Positions 51,641-64,000 of a DNA stretch of 64,000 bases are shown here, one piece after another. Made by a program: the position numbers and the translations under genes. The stretch's first letter is position 1; each line of letters starts with the position of its first letter. The stretch comes from Octopus bimaculoides. Lineage: Eukaryota. The notes under the pieces were generated by a model that did no database searches, had not been told where the DNA came from, and saw only the letters and a program-made list of their open reading frames with translations. Where the stretch lies: assembly GCF_001194135.2 (NCBI RefSeq), contig NC_068999.1, positions 34,756,400-34,820,399 on the forward strand, read 5' to 3'.

Positions 51641-52145
51641 ATAAAAATCATATTTAACATCATTAATCCCTTACTGTCAAGCACATATACACATACAAAC
51701 ACATATACATATTCGTACAGACATACACTTACAAACTCATACAAATATAAGAAACTATTTCCCATTTTAACTCGTATTCTATTCATTTTGATTTAAGTTC
51801 CCGAATGTATTTACTAAGGCCCGTAGAGTTCATTAAATTACTGTTCTTAAAAGAATTCATATGTTGGGCCGCCTGGGATTTAATTTTATTGGAAGTCGAT
51901 CCAATGTAAGTAGTATTTATGTTTCAAAGAATGATACAAAGCTCCATTGTTGGAATGAAGATAACAAAAGCAACGTCATATTATAAACCCGAGAAAAATC
52001 TTGAATAATTTTGCTGAGTCACTCATAGATTATATTAGTAATTTGCGAAGCAGTTGGTTGATTTGTTTTTCTGAAAACCCAAGCTTGTCCAGACTGACAG
52101 TCAGGCATTTACTTACAAAACCAAATACAGCAATTATTATTGGTA

Positions 52146-52559
52146 TACTCTTTTACTCTTTTACTTGTTTCAGTCTTTTTGACTGTGGCCATGCTGGAGC
52201 ACCGCCTTTAGTCGAGCAAATCGACCCCAGGACTTATTCTTTGGAAGCCTAGTACTTATTCTATCGGTCTCTTTTGCCGAACTGCTAAGTTCCGGGGACG
52301 TAAACACACCAGCATCGGTTGTCAAGCGATGTTGGGGTGACAAACACAGACACACAAACACATACATATACATATATATATATATACATATATTCGACGG
52401 GTTTCTTTCAGTTTCCGTCTACCAAATCCACTGACAAGGCTTTGGTCGGCCCGAGGCTATAGTAGAAGACACTTGAACAAGATGCCACGCAGTGGGACTG
52501 AACTCGGAACCATGTGGTTGGTAAGCGAGCTACTTACCACACAGCCACTCCTACGCCTA
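52146..52559 (-). mobile_element. SINE B, young full-length copy
   Basis: Near-consensus head, short internal (TA)/(TG) repeat, tail with AGTAAAAG repeats. Confidence 0.95.
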
Positions 52560-53332
52560 TGTATAAATGTAAATTTGTAATCCGTATGTATGTATGTATG
52601 TATGTATGTATGTATGAATGCATATATGTTCGTATGTATAACTATGTATATGTGTGTGTGTGTGTGCTAAAATTTATGTAAGGATATTATGTATGAGAAC
52701 TGGTGAGTATATTATGTATATGTGCATGTCAATTGATATAGAATCAGAACGGTGTCCGTGTTTAAAAATAACATGGTACGTATTGTATATATGCATTCTG
52801 GAATGCAGGAAGGGAAAATATGCATGGTATACTATTGGTCGACGATAAAGATTCTTGGCTAGTACCATATTGAGGTGCACACACAACATAAGCAGCAGAT
52901 ACGCACACACACACACACACCCACGAACACAGGCACACACACACGAACACAGGCACACACACACACACACACATACACACACATACATACATAGATATAC
53001 ATACATACGCTTATATATATATATATGCACAAACATATACATATATATAATATATATGCATACATATACATATATGTAATATATGTATGTATGCATATAT
53101 ATATACATATATCTATAATATATGTGTATGTATGCATATATATATACNNNNNNNNNNNNNNNNNNNNNNNNNNNNNNNNNNNNNNNNNNNNNNNNNNNNN
53201 NNNNNNNNNNNNNNNNNNNNNNNNNNNNNNNNNNNNNNNNNNNNNNNNNNNNNNNNNNNNNNNNNNNNNNNNNNNNNNNNNNNNNNNNNNNNNNNNNNNN
53301 NNNNNNNNNNNNNNNNNATATATATATATATA

Positions 53333-53555
53333 CAAGGTTGGCTAAAAGTCAACTGACAGTAAATCAAACCCATTTAATTCCAATATCTATGTTCAACAAC
53401 TGAATGAATTTAATAAACACATCTAAATATGAAACATCCTGAGAGTTGTTCCAACTGAAGTCCTTCTTGAGCGACACATTTTTCCATTCGCGTCAATACG
53501 GAATTACAGATGGTATTTAGGGAATTTTGATTTACTGTCGGGTGACTTCTGGTCA
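53333..53555 (-). mobile_element. 3' end of a Tc1/mariner element with TIR
   Basis: TA|CAAGGTTGGCTAAAAGTC end. Minus-strand VLTRMEKCVAQEGLQLEQL resembles the transposase C-terminal R...C....G..FE.L. Confidence 0.55.
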
Positions 53556-54762
53556 AACCTGAAAATCATACATGCAACACATCGTATTTAATTCTATTTG
53601 ATAATAAACAAATATAATATTTGTCTCAGTACACAGTTTCGTGTTTCCTCTTACAGCATATACATATATTCGTGTAAGCGCCTGTGTATGTGTGTATGAG
53701 TGTGCGTGTGTGCCTGTGCGCAAATGTACGTGTGTGTGTGTGTGTGTGTGTGCGTGTGTGTGCCTGCGTACCTGCGTGCCTGTCGGTGCGTGTGCATGTG
53801 CCTCTGTGCGTATGCAGGTGTGTGCTTGCTTGAGCGTGTTGTTCTGGACTAAAAACACATCGGAGCCGATTCAGTTATTCATATGTCAAAAGTCGATAAT
53901 CTATGAACCTAATATATACATTGTAGTCTGAGAAGAAGACACTAGACAAAATAATATAGTCTTGTCGGCGTCTTAACTGACGCAGGTGTGTATACACACA
54001 CACACACATTCACACAGACATATATATCGGCATTTCACCCGTTTGAAACAGAAATAAGTCAAACGAAGACATTAGCAGACAATTTCCTGGATCTAAAATT
54101 GTTTTTTGTGTCTGTCAGCCGCCATAAATAATCTGGACAGTTATATGAAAATATTCCAGTAATTAATTATGGTTTATTAAGGGAGAATAGTGAAAGAAAA
54201 AATTGTCAAGTGATTTGAGGAGGCATTGACTTATCAGGTGTTGCGTATAGATAGCACTGGATTTAAACTAAACAATGATTTGATATCGCAATGAATGTGT
54301 TCAGCCGAGTATCAAATATTATTCGTAATATTGCGACCCAATGTGACTGTTATAAACATACTTTCGTGTTGTTTTCACCTTTATCTTTTAACTATATATA
54401 TACGTATATTTATATNNNNNNNNNNNNNNNNNNNNNNNNNNNNNNNNNNNNNNNNNNNNNNNNNNNNNNNNNNNNNNNNNNNNNNNNNNNNNNNNNNNNN
54501 NNNNNNNNNNNNNNNNNNNNNNNNNNNNNNNNNNNNNNNNNNNNNNNNNNNNNNNNNNNNNNNNNNNNNNNNNNNNNNNNNNNNNNNNNNNNNNNNNNNN
54601 NNNNNNNNNNNNNNNNNNNNNNNNNNNNNNNNNNNNNNNNNNNNNNATATATATATATATATATATATATAGCACTGGGTTTAAATTAAACCCAGCTGTA
54701 AGTTTAATTTTCTCGTTATACATCTCCTGAAAATTCCACATAGCCCTGGCTTTGTTGTCTCA

Positions 54763-54800
<38 letters not shown>

Positions 54801-54802
<2 letters not shown>

Positions 54803-55092
54803 TCTTTTTTACTGTGACCATGCTGGAGCACCACCTTTTAGTTGAAAAAATCGACCACTCGACTCATTCTTTGTAAGCCTGGTACTTATTTCACATGTCT
54901 CTTTTGCCGAACCGTTAAATTTCGGGGACGTAAACACACCAGCATCGGTTGTCAAGCGATGGTGGGGCCTAACACAGACACAAACACACAAACATATATA
55001 TCTATATATCAGTTTCTGTCTACCAAATCCACTCACTCGGTTTTGGTCGTCCTGAGGCCATAGTAGATGACACTTGCCTAAGATGCCACGCA
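54801..55092 (-). mobile_element. SINE B lacking the head
   Basis: Family B tail and body, truncated at CACTTGCCTAAGATGCCACGCA. Confidence 0.85.
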
Positions 55093-55129
55093 AGCGTCTT
55101 ACCATACAGGCACGCCTGCACCATATATA

Positions 55130-55905
55130 TCTACTACATATGTGGGAAATTCTGTCTGTGGGTGTTTTTGTGGAGTTGTTAGCTAACTCCTCCTACATCG
55201 TTTTATCGATTTTGATGAAACTTGATAGGTGAGTTGAACTCATGTCTAGAAACCTCATGGCATACTCAGATTGTTGAAGAAAAAATCGACAATAGGGCCC
55301 TTGGAAGGGTTCCTTATGTATATCTAATATCTTTTATTTTAAAAACTACGGAAAATAAACCATTCACCCCTTGAAGGGATCCTTATATATAGCCAAGGGA
55401 AATAACCCGTTCATTTTCCTAAATTATTTGGTAAAAATGAAATTGAGTATGCTTATTTTTCAGTATTTCAAATGTTAGATTTATTTTCGCTATTTATCCA
55501 GCAGAACCCTTAAACAAGTAAATAGTATTTTCCTAAACAATATATTCACTTATTTCAGTTAGTGACTTATTCATGAATATACCAACACTAGCGCCCCTGA
55601 AGGTAATATTCTCTGGGAACCCATTAAAGCACTTTTCGGGGCTACTTTATTTGAATTCTTACCATCGGGTAACTAATTTCATGCTATTACATAACTGACT
55701 TCACAATTTGGGTATTCATAACTTATTTGGAATTCCTAAAAACATGATCCTGTGTAAGACAGTTCGGTATTCTCTGTAAATGCACAAAAACCATTTTAAG
55801 GGCTACATACTTTGTACTGATGTTATTGGATTAGCGAAAAGATTATGAGACCGGAACCAAGAGATAAGCCCCGCTTTCCCGGGAATTACTGGGTACGTCA
55901 GCTAG
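55130..55905 (+). mobile_element. Non-autonomous Helitron-like element
   Basis: A|TC 5' start (TCTACTACATATGTGGGAAATTCTGTCTG). 3' hairpin CCCGG-gaatta-CTGGG (55878-55893) lies 8 nt before a terminal CTAG. No TIR or TSD. Confidence 0.75.
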
Positions 55906-56155
55906 NNNNNNNNNNNNNNNNNNNNNNNNNNNNNNNNNNNNNNNNNNNNNNNNNNNNNNNNNNNNNNNNNNNNNNNNNNNNNNNNNNNNNNNNNNNNNNN
56001 NNNNNNNNNNNNNNNNNNNNNNNNNNNNNNNNNNNNNNNNNNNNNNNNNNNNNNNNNNNNNNNNNNNNNNNNNNNNNNNNNNNNNNNNNNNNNNNNNNNN
56101 NNNNNNNNNNNNNNNNNNNNNNNNNNNNNNNNNNNNNNNNNNNNNNNNNNNNNNN

Positions 56156-56466
56156 GTCTCCGTAACTTACCGGTTCGGCAAAAGAGAACCGATAGAATAA
56201 GTACTGTGCTTACAAAGAATAAGTCCTGGGGTCGATTTGCTCGACTAAAGGCGGTGCTCCAGTATGGCCACAGTCAAATGACTGAAACAAGTAAAAGAGT
56301 AAAAGAGAGTATACATATATATATATTCGCAATATTTTCATGTATCAAGTTCTTGTTATTTAATATTCATTTCTCCTTTAGGCACAAGGCCCGAAATTTT
56401 GGGGGAGAAGGCCAGTCGATAAAATCGATCCCAGTACACAACTGGTATTTAATTTATCGACCCCGA
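56156..56466. mobile_element. SINE B 3' half (56156-56310, plus) and SINE A tail-1 fragment (56378-56466, minus)
   Basis: Family-diagnostic tails visible. Confidence 0.8.
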
Positions 56467-56792
56467 AATAAATACGCATACGTTTATATCCGGAGCATAC
56501 ATGATCAATATAAGTATGCATGTGTGGACATACGAACACAGACATACATATTTAAATATTCGTATTTAATATATGTATTGTGTATATATGTATATACAAT
56601 ATATATGGTGTTCATAGTCATTATGTCAATCAAAACTGTCCGGCGAACGGAAATGTGAAACTCTGAGTAGCAGTTTTTTTGTGATATTTTGTGAAGTATT
56701 TGCAGCTTTAATAATAAAGCATATTACTCTACCTCGTGTATTCGAGTACTGTCTTTTCCCATCTTGTTTCACATTTATGGGCTTACTTTGGT

Positions 56793-56823
<31 letters not shown>

Positions 56824-56892
56824 TATATATGTATATATGCACATATTTATATTAGACGCTTGCACACATATTGTATGAATGTTTGCGTGCGA

Positions 56893-56944
<52 letters not shown>

Positions 56945-57787
56945 NNNNNNNNNNNNNNNNNNNNNNNNNNNNNNNNNNNNNNNNNNNNNNNNNNNNNNNN
57001 NNNNNNNNNNNNNNNNNNNNNNNNNNNNNNNNNNNNNNNNNNNNNNNNNNNNNNNNNNNNNNNNNNNNNNNNNNNNNNNNNNNNNNNNNNNNNNNNNNNN
57101 NNNNNNNNNNNNNNNNNNNNNNNNNNNNNNNNNNNNNNNNNNNNNNNNNNNNNNNNNNNNNNNNNNNNNNNNNNNNNNNNNNNNNNNNNNNNNNNNNNNN
57201 NNNNNNNNNNNNNNNNNNNNNNNNNNNNNNNNNNNNNNNNNNNNNNNNNNNNNNNNNNNNNNNNNNNNNNNNNNNNNNNNNNNNNNNNNNNNNNNNNNNN
57301 NNNNNNNNNNNNNNNNNNNNNNNNNNNNNNNNNNNNNNNNNNNNNNNNNNNNNNNNNNNNNNNNNNNNNNNNNNNNNNNNNNNNNNNNNNNNNNNNNNNN
57401 NNNNNNNNNNNNNNNNNNNNNNNNNNNNNNNNNNNNNNNNNNNNNNNNNNNNNNNNNNNNNNNNNNNNNNNNNNNNNNNNNNNNNNNNNNNNNNNNNNNN
57501 NNNNNNNNNNNNNNNNNNNNNNNNNNNNNNNNNNNNNNNNNNNNNNNNNNNNNNNNNNNNNNNNNNNNNNNNNNNNNNNNNNNNNNNNNNNNNNNNNNNN
57601 NNNNNNNNNNNNNNNNNNNNNNNNNNNNNNNNNNNNNNNNNNNNNNNNNNNNNNNNNNNNNNNNNNNNNNNNNNNNNNNNNNNNNNNNNNNNNNNNNNNN
57701 NNNNNNNNNNNNNNNNNNNNNNNNNNNNNNNNNNNNNATATATATATATGTATATACATATATACTTTAATTCATTTATTTATTTAC

Positions 57788-57894
57788 CGCGTTCTTATCA
57801 CCTGATTTCCCGCCACTTTGCCTCAGTTCTGCTACCATACTGCGCACATTTGATAGTTTGGTAGATTTTGCCATGAAAGTCGTGACTATTTTTG
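57788..57894 (-). CDS. Candidate internal exon KIVTTFMAKSTKLSNVRSMVAELRQSGGKSGDKNA
   Basis: attttcacaccttcattag| acceptor, GCG|gtaaat donor, 107 nt, one frame open throughout (phase 1 to 0), unique sequence. Linkage to the 23-25 kb exons is unproven. Confidence 0.4.
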
Positions 57895-58099
57895 CTAATG
57901 AAGGTGTGAAAATATTCCTGGACTGGGCATTGCAAAACAGTTGGATGTAGCGAGTTGAGATCCAGCATCACTATTCATGTACACCTAGCTTTATTATCAT
58001 CCAATGCTGCCTTCTTTCTTGTTCAATTAATTTTTGTTCTTTTATTTTTTGCTTTTTGTTTGTCTTTTTTGTTGTATAGTGTAGATGTGTGTATAGGTG

Positions 58100-58254
58100 T
58101 GTACATGCTTGGAGGTGGGTAGTTTTTTTTCTTTGGTAACAATTCATGTTGTAATTATAATTATTACCATTATTGTTATTGTTACAATTATTATTTTTAT
58201 TGCTACTATTATTGTTAGTACAACTATTATCATCGTTATTATTATTTTTCTCTT

Positions 58255-58313
<59 letters not shown>

Positions 58314-58343
58314 TTTTCATCATCATCATCATCATCATCATCA

Positions 58344-58374
<31 letters not shown>

Positions 58375-58390
58375 CATCATCATTATTATT
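58100..58390. repeat. Compound (TAT)(TAC)n(CAT)n(CGT)n tract
   Basis: Visible directly. Confidence 0.9.
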
Positions 58391-58807
58391 GTTGTCGTTT
58401 GTGTTGCCATGGCTGTGTTTGTTCAGTGGTAGAGTATCCTTGCAGTATTTTCTAGTCTCTCGGTTCAAATCTTGCCGAGGTCGACTTTTGTATTTCATCT
58501 GTCCAGAAGCGATAAGTAACAACTAGTACTCAACTAGTTCAATCGGGGTCTTCAATCGAGGTAGACTTTATTATGATGTTGTTGTCCGCGTATATTTATC
58601 ACCAATGGTAGTCCGACTATGGACATTACGTCGGTGTTTTTATATTTATGAAGCTATATACATAGAAATATATTAATTAAAGATCACTCACACACGATGC
58701 GATAATGATAATGATGATGATGTTATCTATGATAATTACAGTCATTGTGATGATAAATGTGACAGGAGGGGTTGATCTTTGTGCCAAAAGGAATAAAAAA
58801 TAGTAGC

Positions 58808-59060
58808 TGATTCTAATTTTTGCACAAGGCTAGTAAAACTAATAATGATCCCTTCTACAAGAGGCACAAGGCCTGAAGCCTTTTAGGGGATGGGTTTAGT
58901 AGGTTACACCGATCCCAAGTACTCAACTGGTACTTATTTTATCGAGCATCGAAGTGATGAATGGTAAAGTCCACCTCGACGGAAGTTGGAGCCTAGAAAT
59001 GAATGAAATGCTGTTAAACATTTTGTCAGACACGCTAGCAATCCTGCCAGCTCTCTACTT
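58808..59060 (-). mobile_element. SINE A, tail type 1, followed by a tail-3 remnant, with (ATT)n at its head
   Basis: AGGCACAAGGCCT at 58862-58874. (AAT)n starts at ~59061. Confidence 0.8.
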
Positions 59061-59070
59061 TAATAATAAC

Positions 59071-59142
<72 letters not shown>

Positions 59143-59734
59143 CTACACTATAATGGAGAAAGCTGCCTATTAATTAGGTATGTAACAATTACTGAAAATA
59201 CTAAAAGTAAGCAAAATTCAAAGCTTGACAGTCTAGAAATATTTTTATAAATTCATGTTCTAAGAAATTTCTTATAATTTCGAATTCTGAAGTTTATTGA
59301 ATTTTTGTAACTCCAAATTCTCGCAAATTTAAATATTCATTGAATTCACTGCGTCCAATTCTTCATAAATTTAAATATTCATTCTATTAATGATAATTTA
59401 ATAATAGCTAAATAACNNNNNNNNNNNNNNNNNNNNNNNNNNNNNNNNNNNNNNNNNNNNNNNNNNNNNNNNNNNNNNNNNNNNNNNNNNNNNNNNNNNN
59501 NNNNNNNNNNNNNNNNNNNNNNNNNNNNNNNNNNNNNNNNNNNNNNNNNNNNNNNNNNNNNNNNNNNNNNNNNNNNNNNNNNNNNNNNNNNNNNNNNNNN
59601 NNNNNNNNNNNNNNNNNNNNNNNNNNNNNNNNNNNNNNNNNNNNNNNNNNNNNNNNNNNNNNNNNNNNNNNNNNNNNNNNNNNNNNNNNNNNNNNNNNNN
59701 NNNNNNNNNNNNNNNNATAATAATAATAATAATA

Positions 59735-59944
59735 TTCAGACAAATACATGACAAAAACACCAGGACTTACAAATATATATAACATACAGAAATTTGCACT
59801 ACTGGGCACTGCACACATCCTACGCAAAACACTTTCAATACAGTAACCATAAGAGCATCACAGCAAACCACAGCACATACCCAAGGCACACAGAGCTGCG
59901 CTCGGTAGTGAAGAGGAAAGTACGCTATAAAAATAAAGCTACTG
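59735..59944 (+). mobile_element. Extreme 3' end of an R4/Dong-type LINE within (AAT)n
   Basis: KTPGLTNIYNIQKFALLGTAHILRKTLSIQ* plus 3' UTR. (AAT)n lies on both sides. Confidence 0.85.
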
Positions 59945-59953
59945 AATAATAAT

Positions 59954-60015
<62 letters not shown>

Positions 60016-60039
60016 TAATAGTAATGGCATTGTATGTGT

Positions 60040-60072
<33 letters not shown>

Positions 60073-60074
<2 letters not shown>

Positions 60075-60355
60075 CAACCTTCTTGTGCCCTCAAAGTATC
60101 TCAACAGACATGATAGGGCGGCACAGTATATTCACTGAGTAATTTGCAAGGATGTGGACCTTCTTCATTCTAAAAAGTGGTGGGAACTCCAAGCACCCCT
60201 AATTCTTGAAAATTATCGTAACTTATAGATGTAAATAGGCCATACATTATACTGAAGAATTTCAGACAAAAATCTTGCCTCCTCATCTATTTGAAATTTC
60301 AATCGATACAAATGTTTCTGTCAAGGTCTACCAAAAACTGAGCATGTATAAAGAT
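60073..60355 (+). mobile_element. R4/Dong-type LINE fragment (post-knuckle/RLE)
   Basis: CNLLVPSKYLNRHDRAAQYIH*VICK..KKWWE..ILEN and IDTNVSVKVYQKLSMYKD. Confidence 0.7.
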
Positions 60356-60359
60356 GTGG

Positions 60360-60512
60360 GATAAGGTGCAAGTCGAGTACATGAACGCCAGTGCTCAACT
60401 GGTACTTATTTTAGTCAACTCCGGTGGTATTTGAACTCAGAACGTGAAGTCAGAAGAAATGCCGTCGGAAAGTATTTTTTTCTTCGACACAATAACGATT
60501 CTGCCAGCTCGC
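60360..60512 (-). mobile_element. SINE A, internally deleted
   Basis: Head reverse complement GCGAGCTGGCAGAATCGTT and GAGTTCAAAT. Confidence 0.75.
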
Positions 60513-60907
60513 TGTCTTTCGAGACACCTCAATATCAATTACATAACACTCACGGAACACAAGCACTATTCAACAAAATAACACAACCCACCTTATATTT
60601 GCTTTATACAATAAGTTAAACACTGAAATGACATTATAGATAAGAAAATAAAACCTACAGCAGAACAAAAATTACGTATTATGTAAATACAGTTGTACAT
60701 ATCCCACCAGAGGCAAGGTTACATTAACACAGAGGTATACCACAAGGAGTTTATAGTAACTTAGAAACTTGTGGAAAACTGTCAAAAACTTGATTATATC
60801 AACAAGAATAAGTATATATATTTGCCACTTAAATGTGGCTGAACCCTAAGGGTGGATGTTACTGTTGCTTTTAACCCACGCACTGGTTCTATTTCCCATT
60901 ATTATTA

Positions 60908-60974
<67 letters not shown>

Positions 60975-60983
60975 CATCATCAC

Positions 60984-61192
60984 AAGGTGGTGAGCTGGCA
61001 GAATCGTTAGCACACCGGGGAAAATGCTTATTGGTATTTCGCTCGTCGCTACGTTCTGAGTTGAAATTCTGCCGAGGTCAGCTTTGTTTTCATCTTGAGT
61101 CGATAAACTAAGTATCAGTGAAACACTGGGGTTGACGTAATCGACTAGTCCCCTCCACTAAGTTTTCAGGCTTTGTGCCTTTAGCAGAAAGC
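60984..61192 (+). mobile_element. SINE A, tail type 1, flanked by (TAT)n
   Basis: Long (TAT)n at 60900-60975 upstream. Tail AGGCTTTGTGCCTTTAGCAGAAAGCATTATT. Confidence 0.9.
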
Positions 61193-62577
61193 ATTATTAT
61201 CATTATTGTTAGTTTATTGGTTTATCATTTAACCAAGTATTTAATCAATTATTTGATTATTCCTTTGCTCAGCCAATCAATCGGCTGTATTTACGAATGC
61301 CCATTCGTCGCTTCTTGCAAACTCTTCACTGACAAGCCATCTCAACTCCACGTCTATTTTAGGGAATAGTGAGGGAATGTCATTGATGAGGTCGTGATGG
61401 TGACAAAAGAGCTTTGGCAAATCAAAATGATTGATTGATTGTCTGAACGAGTAATCAAACAGTCTATTAGTTAATTGGTTGAATGGTTAACCAATTCACT
61501 AATAATAATAAAGAAGTGAAATTGAACCAGTGCATGTGTTTATTATTGATGCAATGACCCCGCCGAAATACAACAAATACTGTTTGAAGCATACGAGCTC
61601 ACATCAAAAATCTTACAAACTAAATGCAAAAATGAAATAAGTATGCTATTTTTTATTGCTTTTAATGCGAATATAGAAGCCATATAGTCTTGTAACCTAC
61701 ATGTAATTCTCAAAGTCATTAATGGCGCTACGTTGATGTAAAAACTACACATCTCCCGAGAAATGAAACGGCGTTGCAGAATTAGTTTTTGACAGCGTGC
61801 CTTCTGTTCCTAAACAATCACAGCAATGAAACTTTAAAATATGAATAAAACAAATATCAGATGTTATTTTCCAAAATTTTACCCGTCAAAGAAAACAGAC
61901 ACGCAATAGAAATAAGTTGCAACAACAGTAGCAGTAGCAGCAGTAGTAGCAGCAGCAGCAGTAGCAGTAGCAGCAGCAGTCAGACAACAAAAGAATAATG
62001 CAATTATGAAATGAGATTTGAATGTTATCAGTGACATAATCTTATGGTGTGGTGGATAAGAAGATAATTATGTTTAATGAATTATTTTTGTTAAAAAAAA
62101 AATCTATAAAATAAATGAATAAATAAATATTGTGATGGTTATAGGTAGATGGCTTCCTATAGATTGAGCCAAACAGATCTCACGCAAGGAAACCCCGTAG
62201 TTTGCCATCGCGAGTGAAGTGAAATCACATTGGCTTTTACGAGTTTATATTAATTGTGCGAGATTGCAAACTAAGATAGATATCTGTGGGACAATATCCA
62301 AAATCAAATATGTGTATTGAAAGTGATGATGTTAAACGTTATCAGACATCTAGCTTAGGTTATGTCAATATCGTCATTAAATGATTAAACGCTCTCATGG
62401 GGTGCTCAAACACATGCTGCATTGAATTGTTGGCGCATTACTCGAAGTCTTCGTCTTCCTGTGATCTATATACGACATGCTGAGATGAACGGTTGAAAGC
62501 ATTCCTATAGCTATGGTAGAAATTGAACCCAGTACTGCAAACTGATACATCACTCGTTAATTATATGGGGATTTGAA

Positions 62578-62715
62578 GGTAGCAAACTGGTAGAGTTATT
62601 ACCGCCGCGAACAAAATGCTTCTGAGTTCAAAACTCGGCCACGGTTTACTTTGCTTCTGATTCTTTCGAAGCCCATGAAACAAGTACCAGTTGAACACTG
62701 TTGTCGATGCTTGAC
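62578..62715 (+). mobile_element. SINE A, old degenerate copy
   Basis: AAGGTAGCAAACTGGTAGAGTT head remnant, CTGAGTTCAAA and AAGTACCAGTTGAACACTG. Confidence 0.6.
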
Positions 62716-63086
62716 GCAGCAGATTGTCCTTTTTATATAGACAACCCCATTAACACTGGAGGTGATTGTAGCGAATGTAAAGTAGGTAAAGTTAAATAAA
62801 AATAAGGATACGTCAAAAAGGACGTCCAGGGAGCAGTAATAAGGAGCTGAAGAAATCAAGGCATATTTTCATCTTTGCTCTTTAGTAATATAAATAGAAA
62901 CCGCTGTGGATGGACGAGAGAGGGAGGATGAGATTTCAGAGGAGAAATGCTGCTTTATAAATTCATTATAATATAATCAAAAGAATCAAAATTAAAAAAA
63001 AAATAAGTAAAGAAGTAAAAGAGCTTTAAATTTTATGGCGGAATTATTGATAAAATGACACCCGACAACAAAATTCAATTATACAT

Positions 63087-63118
<32 letters not shown>

Positions 63119-63358
63119 TCCGACTGTCGTTCTTTCTTTTTTTTTCTTTCTTCATTCCTTTTCCTTTTTGCTTTCTTCTTTCCTTTCTTCGTCGTATGTA
63201 TATTTGTTTTTAATTAAGTTGCTATCAGGTTGCTGTTAAAACAAACTTTGAAAATATATAAAATAAAATCTCCAACAAATTTTGAAAAGAAATACACACA
63301 CACACACACACACACACATACACACGCACACGCACACACACAAACAAAGCACACACAC

Positions 63359-63427
<69 letters not shown>

Positions 63428-63486
63428 TGTAGAATGACATATAAGATAAATTCTTGATTTATTGAAACTACTTCTACCGTTTCCAG

Positions 63487-63589
63487 ATAAGGTAAAACAA
63501 TCGGGTGCCAGCAATCGAGACCAACTCCAAATGATAAGGAATGACAATCTCAAGAATCAAGATTCCTCCAAAATTCATATGTCATAAAG
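63487..63589 (+). other. Candidate exon with strong splice sites; start-codon exon (MTISRIKIPPKFICHK) or stop-containing exon
   Basis: cttctaccgtttccag| acceptor, AAAG|gtaaga donor. The ATG frame is open to the donor behind in-frame TGA TAA. The phase-1 frame is open for 32 codons and stops 2 nt before the donor. Confidence 0.35.
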
Positions 63590-64000
63590 GTAAGAAAATA
63601 AAAAATAAATAAATAAAAAATAACAAACAATCTGATTGCCTAGCAACAAGAGGACAGCTGTGGACAAATATTTTGCCTCTATAACCATCGTTAGGGCAAC
63701 AGTTGTCCCAATTTCTTTTCAGCTTAACAGAAACTTTAAAATTTAGAAAGAGAAAAAGAATGCATTTAGAACCTCCATAATTTGTTCAATATTATATAAA
63801 AATCAATTAAGAGAAACAACACAGTGAAGCCAATGGTATGTATTTGAACAACAAAAAGGTCGTATTAAATACCATACAACATAAATATAAACATGACACT
63901 ACGAAAAATTCGCAATTCTAACCAAAACTTGAAAGTAATTGGCAAAATCCGCCTGACACTTAGGGATATAATTTCAGTTACTGAAGTTGATATTACAGAT

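Noticed and set aside
420-63553. The great majority of track ORFs (poly-YI, VC, HT, YLSI, poly-D/M/H/N/L/V and X-containing ORFs)
   Set aside because: They are translations of di-, tri- and tetranucleotide repeats or run through N gaps, with no domain content.

Overview
AT-rich eukaryotic genomic DNA from a gapped short-read assembly. It is dominated by microsatellites, tRNA-derived SINEs, MITEs and decayed transposons. From my recall of these SINE/MITE families it is most likely a coleoid cephalopod (Octopus); this is inference, not a search result. Almost every ORF in the supplied track is a microsatellite or N-gap artefact. The one well-supported host gene signal is three phase-consistent minus-strand exons (25052-24953, 23712-23628, 23142-23084) encoding an unrecognised basic C-terminus, followed by a probable 3' UTR. 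A few isolated exon candidates lie elsewhere. Recognisable TE relics: a full-length dead mariner, Tc1 and DUF4817-type transposase fragments, an L1/Tx1 3' end, R4/Dong-type RLE LINE pieces inside (TAA)n arrays, Penelope-like RT/GIY-YIG pieces, a non-autonomous Helitron, and hAT, pogo-like, TTAA and foldback MITEs. No rRNA, intact tRNA or CRISPR array was seen. I found no unambiguous new biological system. The best leads are: (1) Penelope-type minimal hammerhead ribozymes in two small non-autonomous families, one an inverted dimer with a 12-bp TSD; (2) one SINE body carrying three swappable tails that share a covarying stem with a CUUGU loop, one tail matching the L1/Tx1 3' end, with tail type tracking insertion context; (3) the unidentified gene.
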